Of a DNA stretch of 64,000 nucleotides, positions 1-8,355 are shown piece after piece. Every line of letters starts with the position of its first letter. Positions within the stretch are counted from its first letter, which is position 1. Position numbers and translations under genes: made by a program. Source of the stretch: an uncultured Candidatus Saccharibacteria bacterium (GTDB lineage: Bacteria; Patescibacteriota; Minisyncoccia; Phycocordibacterales; UBA918). The DNA is taken from NCBI GenBank assembly GCA_964643955.1, contig CAZXUO010000001.1, forward strand, positions 14,314 through 78,313. Reading direction: 5' to 3'. The notes under the pieces were generated by a model that saw only the letters and a list, made by a program, of their open reading frames with translations, was not told the DNA's origin and searched no databases.

Positions 1-110
1 TGGTCAGATACAGAAACAGCATCCGGCGTACTACATGGAAAATATCCGTGCATACACTCTGCGTGCATCTGAGATATTTGGACAGACTATTTCGCCGATC
101 GTCGAATGAT

Positions 111-959
111 ATGTATGTACTTTTTGATATTGGGGGGACGAAAACCCGCGTCGCTGTCTCACGGGATCTCTCAGGTATTGATGCGATAGAAAAATTTGAT
201 ACGCCTTCTTTATATGCGGAGGGTGTTGCGGCAATCGGCGCGGCCGTCCGGAAGCTCGTCGGGGAGGAGCGAGTGCTCGGTGCCGCAGGAGGTATCCGGG
301 GTCGCCTGATGGACGGCCGCGCCGGACTCCTCAAAGACGATGTGCTTACCGACTGGCAAGAAAAGCCGCTTGCGAGAGACCTCGAACATATCGTGGGCGT
401 ATCGGTGATGCTTGAAAACGATGCGGCGCTTGCAGGACTTGGCGAGACACACTTTGGGGCCGGACGAGACTACCAGATTGTGGCGTACCACACCGTTTCA
501 ACTGGTGTAGGGGGTGCGCGTATTGTAAACGGGGAGGTTGATATATATCGGTCGGGCTTTGAGCCGGGGCATCAGATCATCGACTTTGATCGCACCATGT
601 GTCCAGAGTGCGAGAGTGGCGAGCTTGAAGACATCGTCTCAGGTACGGCGGTTGAGCGTCGGTTTGGAAAAAAGCCGTATGAGATACCGCAAGAAGACCC
701 GCTCTGGGACCAGCTCGCACGGATGCTTGCACACGGTCTCAAAAACACCATCGTCTACTGGTCGCCGGACGTGATCGTGCTCGGTGGCTCTATGATTGTG
801 GGCGACCCGCGGATACCGCGTGAGGCTATTGTCCGGCATACGGAGGAGCTTATCGACGGCCTTGTGCCGCTTCCGCCTATCGTAGACGCACAGTTTCGTG
901 ACGAAGGAGGCTTATATGGCGCACTCGCACTCCTCAAACGCCAAAAAGGGAGTGTATAA
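111..959 (+). CDS. ROK family sugar kinase (glucokinase-like)
   Basis: FDIGGTKT phosphate motif, ENDAALAGLGE, STGVGG, EPGH..C..C..GELE Zn motif; start moved to ATG 111. Confidence 0.9.
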   Translation: MYVLFDIGGTKTRVAVSRDLSGIDAIEKFDTPSLYAEGVAAIGAAVRKLVGEERVLGAAGGIRGRLMDGRAGLLKDDVLTDWQEKPLARDLEHIVGVSVMLENDAALAGLGETHFGAGRDYQIVAYHTVSTGVGGARIVNGEVDIYRSGFEPGHQIIDFDRTMCPECESGELEDIVSGTAVERRFGKKPYEIPQEDPLWDQLARMLAHGLKNTIVYWSPDVIVLGGSMIVGDPRIPREAIVRHTEELIDGLVPLPPIVDAQFRDEGGLYGALALLKRQKGSV

Positions 960-1145
960 GCCTAAAAGGGGAGAGAGGTTTGCATAGACCGCATGTGATT
1001 TCGATGAATGCTGTCAAATCCTGTGGAAGTAGCGTCAAGTATTACACCAAACATAGGGGTAGGAAGGCAAGATTTTTGATACAAATATGGCTCTATTGAG
1101 CCTTTTAATAAATCGTTGACAGGGAGCTAAAATGATTGGATAGTA

Positions 1146-1173
1146 TTGACAATATCTCAAGGTGTGCTATAAT
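1146..1173 (+). promoter_or_regulatory. Consensus sigma70 promoter
   Basis: TTGACA(1146-1151)-16 bp-TATAAT(1168-1173), with TG extended -10. Confidence 0.8.
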
Positions 1174-1256
1174 ATAAGGGTAAATCGGTCGCAAGCCGAT
1201 TTTTTGTTAGTTAAGACCATTGGCTTATTTTAAGCACGATAGTCGCAGCAATTATT

Positions 1257-1658
1257 GTGGTTTCTTCCGCTACGGCAGTACCAGAGACCGCATACGGGCA
1301 CATTGAAATGAAGAACGAGCAGGTGACCCTTGCTACGAACGATACGAGCGCTACTGAGGAGGCTGTGCGTGAATATTTTAAAGATATTCCTGTCATGGTC
1401 CAGGTTGCACGTTGTGAGTCGACCTTTCGACACACGCTTGCAGACGGTACCGTGCTCCGTGGAGTTGTAGACAAGGCTGACACCGGCGTTATGCAGATCA
1501 ATACCCGCTACCATGCCGCTACGGCTGAAAAGCTTGGTCTTGATCTCCTCGATCTCGAGGACAACATGGCATACGCACGCCATCTCTATGAGACCCAGGG
1601 TACAAAGCCTTGGAAGGCGTCGGCTCCATGTTGGGACAAATCGCTTGCTCGTATCTAA
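1257..1658 (+). CDS. Secreted lysozyme-like / lytic transglycosylase (SLT-like) protein
   Basis: VARCES (catalytic Glu), GVMQIN, N..YARHLY..QGTKPW; start codon uncertain. Confidence 0.7.
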   Translation: MVSSATAVPETAYGHIEMKNEQVTLATNDTSATEEAVREYFKDIPVMVQVARCESTFRHTLADGTVLRGVVDKADTGVMQINTRYHAATAEKLGLDLLDLEDNMAYARHLYETQGTKPWKASAPCWDKSLARI

Positions 1659-1682
1659 AGCCCACTCCAAAAGAACTTAGAC

Positions 1683-1712
1683 CAAAAAGCACCGCCTCGG
1701 CGGTGCTTTTTG
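1683..1712. terminator. Bidirectional intrinsic terminator
   Basis: CAAAAAGCACCGCC-TC-GGCGGTGCTTTTTG between convergent genes. Confidence 0.85.
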
Positions 1713-1734
1713 CGTATCTTGGTAAAACGTTGGT

Positions 1735-2109
1735 CTAGCTAACGAGGCGGTGTGAGCCAGCTCCGCATTTGTAGACGTAGAGGAGACCTCCGAGGATTGC
1801 GAGGTTCTTGAGCATTGCTCCCAGCTGATCACCGAAGTTGTTGTGGACGAGTACGATGGTAAAAATGATGAATACCATGAGAGCGAGCGATGCGTAACGC
1901 ACGTTCCATCCTGCGATGAGTGCTGCACCACCACCGATCTTTACCACAGCGACTGCGGCAGCTAAAAGAGAAGCCATCGGGAGACCCATTGATTCGAGCA
2001 TGCCGGCAAAGCCCTCAAAGCCCATGACTACCTGGATGCCGGTCACGAGGAAGAGGAGACCGATAAGCACTCGACCGATCAACATTGCGTATGTATCAAG
2101 TAGACTCAT
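1735..2109 (-). CDS. DoxX family membrane protein
   Basis: GRVLIGLLFL, four hydrophobic segments, LKNLAILGGLL..GAG. Confidence 0.85.
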   Translation of the reverse strand: MSLLDTYAMLIGRVLIGLLFLVTGIQVVMGFEGFAGMLESMGLPMASLLAAAVAVVKIGGGAALIAGWNVRYASLALMVFIIFTIVLVHNNFGDQLGAMLKNLAILGGLLYVYKCGAGSHRLVS

Positions 2110-2203
2110 ATAAATATATTAATATTACTAACCCGTCTGTTTCATTATATCAGCGATGAGCGACTGATGAAGGCGGGAGAGGGTAGATGGTAGAATAGTG
2201 GGA

Positions 2204-2659
2204 ATGCAGTACTGGCTCGTAAAAAGTGAACCCTCTTCGTACTCGATTGACGACCTGATGCAGGATAAAAAGACGGCGTGGACAGGCGTCAGAAATTATC
2301 AGGCGCGCAACTTTATGCGTGACGAGATGCGAGTGGGGGATGCTGTGCTTTTCTATCACTCAAATGCAGATCCTGCCGGAGTCGCAGGTATTGCGAAGGT
2401 CGCTTCAGGAGCATATCCCGACCCGACGGCTTTTGATACAAAGAGTGATTATTACGACGAGAAATCGAAGAAAGAAAATCCACGCTGGCTGCTCGTCGAT
2501 ATTGCGTTTGTGAAGAAATTTAAGGAAGTTATTCCGCTTTCGGATCTCAGAAAGGAAAAAGCACTTGCGAAGATGCGCCTACTTGAGCCGGGACAACGGC
2601 TTTCGGTGATGCCAGTGACAAAGGAAGAGTTTGAGCACATTATCAGTATGACTCGATAA
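2204..2659 (+). CDS. EVE domain-containing protein (thymocyte nuclear protein 1-like)
   Basis: YWLVKSEP, WTGVRNYQARN, FYHS, RLSVMPV. Confidence 0.92.
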   Translation: MQYWLVKSEPSSYSIDDLMQDKKTAWTGVRNYQARNFMRDEMRVGDAVLFYHSNADPAGVAGIAKVASGAYPDPTAFDTKSDYYDEKSKKENPRWLLVDIAFVKKFKEVIPLSDLRKEKALAKMRLLEPGQRLSVMPVTKEEFEHIISMTR

Positions 2660-2664
2660 GAAAT

Positions 2665-2901
2665 ATGCAGGACATCGTCATTGGGGGAATCTATGAACAC
2701 TACAAAGGGAAACGATACAAGGTAATCGCACTTGGAAGGGACAGTGATACACTTGAGGATGTTGTAATTTATGAGGGGCAGTACGATTCTGAAGAATTCG
2801 GTAATAATCCTGTGTGGGTACGTCCTGTTGTCGAGTTTGTCGAACACGTAGTTGTCGGCGGAGTAGAGCAGCTACGATTTAGATTCATAGAAAAACAATA
2901 A
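2665..2901 (+). CDS. DUF1653 domain protein
   Basis: YEHYKG..Y.V, VVIY, WVRP..EF, RF. Confidence 0.85.
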   Translation: MQDIVIGGIYEHYKGKRYKVIALGRDSDTLEDVVIYEGQYDSEEFGNNPVWVRPVVEFVEHVVVGGVEQLRFRFIEKQ

Positions 2902-2928
2902 AGGCCCCGTCGGGGCCTTTATTGTTTT
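2892..2928. terminator. Bidirectional intrinsic terminator
   Basis: AAAACAATAAAGGCCCCG-T-CGGGGCCTTTATTGTTTT between convergent genes. Confidence 0.85.
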
Positions 2929-2946
2929 ATAGAGCAAAATCAGAGA

Positions 2947-3813
2947 TTACTCTGGCTCACCGACAGAATCATCGTTGTGGTTTGTCCACGCAACGCACTG
3001 TCCCTGATTTTTGAACGTTGGGTTGTTGAATGTCATCCAACCGCCTTTCTTACATTCGTCTTTGTTTGAAGGCGAAGTGAGGACTTCAGGTTCTTCAAAT
3101 TCAAAGTCGTAGGTGTCGCTGTTGATAGTGAGGGCGTCAACGTTACCATCGAAGCCTCCTGTCCATCCACCACCAGCCTTGAGTACTACAGCACCGAGCG
3201 TATTGTGTACGCCTGCATTAGGGAATTCTGCGAGAACTTCAGCCCATGTGCATGGTGTTGCCATCGTGCAGCCTGAGTCTGCTGCAAGGGTGCCGTTTGA
3301 GAACCACCAGTTTCCGGTACCAGTACCAGCTGCATCATTCTGCGTATCCCATGTCTGCCATTCGCCAGTCGTGACGGTCTGTGTGTGGTACGGTTCGTAC
3401 ACGAGACGTCCTTGCCACGCGTTATTTTCGTCTGTTACGTCGCTATCAATGTTGAGCTGGAGAGCGATTGCGAGCGCATCACCGCCTGATGTGCGGTAAG
3501 TGCTGTACTCGAGCTCATTGATGTCGGCGAGTTTGGTACCACCGTATCCAGCTTTTGCAATAATCTCACCGCCGGTGCTATCGACGACGAGTTGTGCGCT
3601 CCCTGTTCCCGATGGGGGAGTTTCAGGACCATTGACGAGTGCGCCTGAGCCAGTCGCGGTTTCTTGTGCGAATGCCCAGCCGTCCATATCGCCAGGATGC
3701 ACTACGGTTGTTGCTGCGTGCGTAGTGAACGGTAGTAAAATAAACGAAGCTGCGACCATGATCGCAGCTAGTGTAGTAATACTTGTTTGGATTTTTTGTG
3801 TCGTATGTACCAT
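2947..3813 (-). CDS. Secreted acidic Gly/Trp-rich protein of unknown function
   Basis: Signal peptide ending THA-A; C-terminal CKKGGW..FKNQGQCV motif. Confidence 0.75.
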   Translation of the reverse strand: MVHTTQKIQTSITTLAAIMVAASFILLPFTTHAATTVVHPGDMDGWAFAQETATGSGALVNGPETPPSGTGSAQLVVDSTGGEIIAKAGYGGTKLADINELEYSTYRTSGGDALAIALQLNIDSDVTDENNAWQGRLVYEPYHTQTVTTGEWQTWDTQNDAAGTGTGNWWFSNGTLAADSGCTMATPCTWAEVLAEFPNAGVHNTLGAVVLKAGGGWTGGFDGNVDALTINSDTYDFEFEEPEVLTSPSNKDECKKGGWMTFNNPTFKNQGQCVAWTNHNDDSVGEPE

Positions 3814-3918
3814 AGAATTAAGATTATTGGCTAAGATAGGCGGATTGGGAAATAAAGAGTCCGCCAGATGGTAAGTATACCACTCATACTGAGCGGAGAG
3901 TGTTATAATGAAGAGAAT

Positions 3919-4344
3919 ATGACGGAAGACATACAGCGACCTAAGGTTGGAATTGGACTCTTTGTTTTTCGAGAGGGGAAGGTGCTACTCGGTAAGCGCA
4001 TGGGTGCGCATGGCGCAGATCTCTACAGCGGCCCCGGAGGACACCTCGAGCATCTTGAATCATTTGAGGAGTGTGCAAGACGTGAGGCGATGGAAGAGGC
4101 AGGTATTGAAATAGAGAACGTGCGTTTTCTCTGTGTCAGTAATTTTAAAACTCATGCGCCAAAGCACTACGTCGACATCGGTCTTGTTGCCGATTGGAAA
4201 AGTGGCGAGCCTGAAGTCCGCGAGCCAGAAAAGTGTGCGGGCTGGGATTGGTATGCACTCGAAGATCCCCCTACTCCGCTTTTTGGTGTTGTTGAAAATT
4301 ATGTTGCGGCGCTTAAGACGGGAGAGAAGTATTTTGATGCATAA
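3919..4344 (+). CDS. NUDIX hydrolase (NUDT15/MutT-like)
   Basis: Nudix box GGHLEHLESFEECARREAMEEAG; EPEKC.GW.W. Confidence 0.9.
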   Translation: MTEDIQRPKVGIGLFVFREGKVLLGKRMGAHGADLYSGPGGHLEHLESFEECARREAMEEAGIEIENVRFLCVSNFKTHAPKHYVDIGLVADWKSGEPEVREPEKCAGWDWYALEDPPTPLFGVVENYVAALKTGEKYFDA

Positions 4345-4348
4345 AGGG

Positions 4349-4377
4349 TAGACATTCTTTTCATAATTGAGTATAGT
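4349..4377 (+). promoter_or_regulatory. Putative sigma70 promoter of orphan ORF
   Basis: TAGACA-17 bp-TATAGT. Confidence 0.5.
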
Positions 4378-4404
4378 CCGGCTAGGTTTTTGTTCGTAAC
4401 ATCT

Positions 4405-4821
4405 ATGGGCGTACACGCGCTCGGAAGGAGGGTGAGAATGTCGGTTATCACAAAGATTTCACATGCTCCTTCGATCCCGTGGATCGTTCGGAGAATGAGT
4501 GAGATGTGGGAGTATCTCTGGAGGTGGTGGTACAAGCTGCCGCTTGAGTTCGAATCGGTTGGTCCGGACGCGGGCACTGCGATCGGCAAACCATTTCGTG
4601 TCGCACTCAGGCTCTTCTATGATCAGTACCGCATTCACGTGGTGCTGACGAGGCATGTTCTTTTGTGGGGTAAGCGAATCACTGCCTTCAGTATTGTGGA
4701 ATGGCAGTATGAAGGCACAGGCAAGGACGCCGTCGTCTTTATGGTGATTCAGCCATGCCGCCGCATTACTCTACGGGACATGCTGACTGACAACAGCAAG
4801 GAGGAAAGGGCCGCTTCGTAG
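4405..4821 (+). CDS. Hypothetical protein (orphan)
   Basis: ORF fills the gap between a promoter and a palindrome; no motif recognised; start uncertain. Confidence 0.45.
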   Translation: MGVHALGRRVRMSVITKISHAPSIPWIVRRMSEMWEYLWRWWYKLPLEFESVGPDAGTAIGKPFRVALRLFYDQYRIHVVLTRHVLLWGKRITAFSIVEWQYEGTGKDAVVFMVIQPCRRITLRDMLTDNSKEERAAS

Positions 4822-4835
4822 CTACGAAGCGGCCC
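4808..4835. repeat. Perfect 28-bp palindrome overlapping the stop codon
   Basis: GGGCCGCTTCGTAGCTACGAAGCGGCCC. Confidence 0.8.
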
Positions 4836-4852
4836 GTGTTAGTATGATGGCC

Positions 4853-5464
4853 ATGGATTTGAAAGATACCTACAACAAGATTGCCGAAGATTGGCATAAG
4901 GATCATACACAGGATGATTGGTGGGTCGATGGAACGCTAAAGTTTATTTCACTTGTTGGTGTTGGTAAAGAGGTACTGGATGTCGGCTGCGGAGCAGGTA
5001 CGAAGTCAAAGTTTTTGAAAGAAAACGGTCTTTCCGTCACAGGTATCGATTTTTCAGAGAAAATGATTGAAATTGCTAAACGTGAAAATCCAGATATTTC
5101 ATTTGAGGTTCTCGATATGCGTGACGTTGAAAAACTTGAAGGTATGTATGATGGAATATTTATACAAGCAGCGCTCCTCCATATTCCGCATCACGCCGCC
5201 GCCGATGTCGTGCGAAAAATTTCTACAAAATTGAGAACGGGCGGATATATGTATATCGCAGTCAAAGAGCGCTACCCCGGTAGGGTAGCAGAGGAAATAA
5301 AAGTCGAAGATGATTACGGATATTCGTACGAGCGATTTTTTAGCTACTACTCGGTAGGGGACCTTGAAGGGTATTTTAAAGATTCTGGGTTTGAAATTGT
5401 GTATGAAGAAACTACAGGAGAAGAGAAAAAGAAATGGATTCAGATGATTGGGAAGAAGATGTAA
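4853..5464 (+). CDS. Class I SAM-dependent methyltransferase
   Basis: VLDVGCGAG, GIDFS..MI, YDGIFIQAALLH, GG. Confidence 0.9.
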   Translation: MDLKDTYNKIAEDWHKDHTQDDWWVDGTLKFISLVGVGKEVLDVGCGAGTKSKFLKENGLSVTGIDFSEKMIEIAKRENPDISFEVLDMRDVEKLEGMYDGIFIQAALLHIPHHAAADVVRKISTKLRTGGYMYIAVKERYPGRVAEEIKVEDDYGYSYERFFSYYSVGDLEGYFKDSGFEIVYEETTGEEKKKWIQMIGKKM

Positions 5465-5491
5465 TTACGTAGTCTTATTTGTTGGATAGAG

Positions 5492-5520
5492 AAAGCCTCA
5501 TGGGGAATGGGGCTTTTTTG
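5492..5520 (+). terminator. Intrinsic terminator
   Basis: AAAGCCTCAT-GGGGA-ATGGGGCTTT followed by T run. Confidence 0.65.
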
Positions 5521-5541
5521 TATTGGGAGCTTTATTCCTAT

Positions 5542-5569
5542 ATGTCGCACAATATATCTTTTACGACAT
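5542..5569. other. Putative dif-like chromosome dimer resolution site
   Basis: ATGTCGCACAA-TATATC-TTTTACGACAT, 11-6-11 inverted arms, intergenic at the switch in gene orientation. Confidence 0.65.
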
Positions 5570-5626
5570 AGCCTAAGGCGGAATAACGGGGCCAAAAGCC
5601 CCGTAGACCTGATCATGTATTCACTT

Positions 5627-6964
5627 CTATGCTGCCGGTAGATACAACATTGGATCAAGATATGCGTCAGGTGCTGCAACGGGCGTGGTTGCTGCGCCAC
5701 AACTTGTCACCGTTTTTATGTCGCTAAATTTGCGTACGCTGACACCTTCTTTTGCATAGACGGTGAAGTGTAGATGCGGACCGGTTGAGTATCCGGTGTT
5801 GCCAGAAAATCCAATCGTCTCCCCTGTTCCCACGGATTGGCCGGGGGAGACGCTGATCACATCTTGGTGCGCATAGAGTGTTGAGAGACCATTTGCGTGA
5901 TCGATGAGTGTCCATTTGCCCCATGAGTAGCAGCCAGGAACTGCGTCAGTGTTACCAGTCGCGCGGACGACGCCTGCAAGTGGCGCCATGATCTTTGTGC
6001 CGCGTGGCGTACCAAAGTCGACGCCGGGATGGTATGGGCGGCCTGCGTAGACACTCGCATTTTGTTTTGCGAATTCGGTACCGCCGAAATACTGCGTAAT
6101 GCGGATAGATTCAAGCGGCCAGCGGAATACTGCCGTACCTGCAGTCGGGATGGTCGTAGGATCGAGCACGAACTTCAACTTTGCTTCGAAGTCGCGAAGC
6201 TCTTTGAGGATCTGTTCTTGTGCAGCTTTCTTTTCAGCGAGAAGCTTTTGGTAGTTCGCTTCTTCATTTTTTGTCTTTGTAAGAAGCTCGTTTTTTTCAC
6301 TTTTGTTGACCTCGAGTACTTCTTGTTGACCCTCGTATTGCGTCTTGAGATCAACGAGACTTTCGCGCTTTACGCGATTCTCACCCACCTTTTCTTCAAG
6401 AATGGTTTGAAGTTCGGCAAGATCGACGACTTTGCTTCCGAGTACTTCACGTACTTGAGCGAGTTCGTCGAGCGTAGCCCAGAAGTCAGAAATGTTTTCG
6501 TGACTCAAGAGTGTTTCGATCATCGAGGTGTCATCTATCTCATAGCTGCGGCGGAGGATTTCTCCGATCGCATTTTTGTTTTCAGAAATGTCGTCCTCAG
6601 TCTGGTCGATTTCGAGATTGAGCTTTTGGATCTCGAGATCAGTTGCACCAATTCTATTTTGCGTATAACTGATGTCTCCCGATATCTTTTTTCGCTCGAG
6701 TTCGAGCTGGTTGATCGCTTTTTGGAGCGTGTTCTTTTCCCCACCGACTTTTTGCAATTCAGCCTGGAACTTTGCGATCTCAGCTTCTATTTCTTTGAGA
6801 CGATCGTTGCGGTCGATGATCTCGTCACGGATGCGGTCAACTTCTGCCGATACATCGGATGTCGTTTGCGCAAAGAGCGGTGTTTCGTAATCGAGAAAAA
6901 GCGCGCTCTGCATCACCAGACCGCCAACAAGAACACCTATGGAGAATGAACGACGAATGCCCAT
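5627..6964 (-). CDS. M23 family peptidase with long N-terminal coiled coil (EnvC/PcsB-like architecture)
   Basis: Signal peptide, coiled coil, HPGVD, LYAH, STGPHLHF. Confidence 0.9.
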   Translation of the reverse strand: MGIRRSFSIGVLVGGLVMQSALFLDYETPLFAQTTSDVSAEVDRIRDEIIDRNDRLKEIEAEIAKFQAELQKVGGEKNTLQKAINQLELERKKISGDISYTQNRIGATDLEIQKLNLEIDQTEDDISENKNAIGEILRRSYEIDDTSMIETLLSHENISDFWATLDELAQVREVLGSKVVDLAELQTILEEKVGENRVKRESLVDLKTQYEGQQEVLEVNKSEKNELLTKTKNEEANYQKLLAEKKAAQEQILKELRDFEAKLKFVLDPTTIPTAGTAVFRWPLESIRITQYFGGTEFAKQNASVYAGRPYHPGVDFGTPRGTKIMAPLAGVVRATGNTDAVPGCYSWGKWTLIDHANGLSTLYAHQDVISVSPGQSVGTGETIGFSGNTGYSTGPHLHFTVYAKEGVSVRKFSDIKTVTSCGAATTPVAAPDAYLDPMLYLPAA

Positions 6965-8343
6965 TACCCCTCAATTGTAGCACAGGCACTTTCTATGCGT
7001 TTTGTGGCTTCAGCAATACCTAAAATGTATATAAGGGTGAATGGATCGGGGGACTTTTCTTTTCCGGAGAGGGCAACGCGGAGCGGCCACAGGACCTCGC
7101 CCTTCCCTACTTCTTCAGCATACGGAAAAAGGACTGATCGAATCATTTCGATGTCTGCGTGTTCTGGAAGCGGAGTGATAAGCTCGAGCAGCTTTTTGAG
7201 ACGTGGAAGTGCGTCTTTTGGAGACGTATCTTTTTTCCAAGCGAGAATATCTGCGGATGGCGTTGGTGCGAAAAATGCATAGTCGTACTCGCCGTTTTCA
7301 GCATCAAGGGTGATGTCAGAAAAAATGCTGACGCGTTCACGGAGCGTCGGAAGCATGCGAATAAATCGCTCTTTCATCATCTCGTCAGCAGCGTTTCCTG
7401 ATACGAGTGACGCAAGATTTTCCGGCAGTCGCGTGGTCACTTCTTTGAGGAAATCATCGTCAGACATGCGCTTTGCGTGCTCGCGGTTAAACCACGTGAG
7501 TTTTTCGGTATTGAAAATAGCGCCGCCTTTTTGCACACCTGAAAGTACAAAACGTTCGGAAAGCTCTGCGAGGGTAAATACCTCTTCGTCGGTTCCGGGA
7601 TTCCAGCCGAGGAGTCCGAGATAGTTGATGATTGCTTCTTTGAGATAGCCTGCCTTGCGGTATTCGTTGAGTGAGACGGCACCATGGCGCTTGGAGAGCT
7701 TTGAGCGATCGGGCGCGAGGATGAGCGGAAGATGTGCATAGATTGGACGCGGTGCACCGAGCGCTTCTTGAATGAGGATTTGGCGCGGTGTATTTGAGAT
7801 ATGATCTTCGCCACGAATGACGTGCGTAACGCCCATATCAAAATCATCTGCGACAACAGCGAAGTGATAGAGCGGATCGTCAATCGCGCGTGCAATGATC
7901 ATGTCGCCGAGCTCGGTAGTATCAAACGTAATTTCGCCGCGGATTTCGTCGGTAAAGGTGATGGAGCGACCCGGATTTTTAAGACGGACGAGTTCAACCA
8001 TTTCCCCGGGGTTTTGTTTGCTTTCTTCTTTCGAAATGTACGCACTTCCCTCCTCTACAAGCTGCTCGAGATATTTTTTGTGAATTGGTGCACGTTCTGA
8101 TTGGCGCGCAAATACATCGTGTGTGAGGCCGAGCCATGCAAGACCTTCGAGAATCTCGTCTTCAAACTCCTTTGTGCTGCGCGTACGGTCAGTATCTTCA
8201 GTACGGATGATAAAAGTACCTCCCTCTTTCCGAGCAAAGAGATAGTTAAAAAGTGCGGTACGAGCAGTACCGATGTGGAGATGGCCGGTCGGGCTGGGAG
8301 CAATACGGGTTACGACCGGTTTTTTGGCTGTATCTTCGCTCAT
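6964..8343 (-). CDS. gltX: Glutamate--tRNA ligase
   Basis: RIAPSPTGHLHIG, EDTD, HVIRGEDH, KLSKR. Confidence 0.95.
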   Translation of the reverse strand: MSEDTAKKPVVTRIAPSPTGHLHIGTARTALFNYLFARKEGGTFIIRTEDTDRTRSTKEFEDEILEGLAWLGLTHDVFARQSERAPIHKKYLEQLVEEGSAYISKEESKQNPGEMVELVRLKNPGRSITFTDEIRGEITFDTTELGDMIIARAIDDPLYHFAVVADDFDMGVTHVIRGEDHISNTPRQILIQEALGAPRPIYAHLPLILAPDRSKLSKRHGAVSLNEYRKAGYLKEAIINYLGLLGWNPGTDEEVFTLAELSERFVLSGVQKGGAIFNTEKLTWFNREHAKRMSDDDFLKEVTTRLPENLASLVSGNAADEMMKERFIRMLPTLRERVSIFSDITLDAENGEYDYAFFAPTPSADILAWKKDTSPKDALPRLKKLLELITPLPEHADIEMIRSVLFPYAEEVGKGEVLWPLRVALSGKEKSPDPFTLIYILGIAEATKRIESACATIEG

Positions 8344-8355
8344 GTGTAAGAGATA

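Noticed and set aside
960-1145. AT-rich intergenic region as possible oriC or ncRNA
   Set aside because: No cluster of good DnaA boxes and no dnaA; gene polarity suggests terminus; only a short GGCTC/GAGCC hairpin.
6029-6949. 306-aa + strand ORF
   Set aside because: Antisense to the coiled coil of the M23 peptidase; Phe/Leu-rich mirror of Glu/Lys codons.
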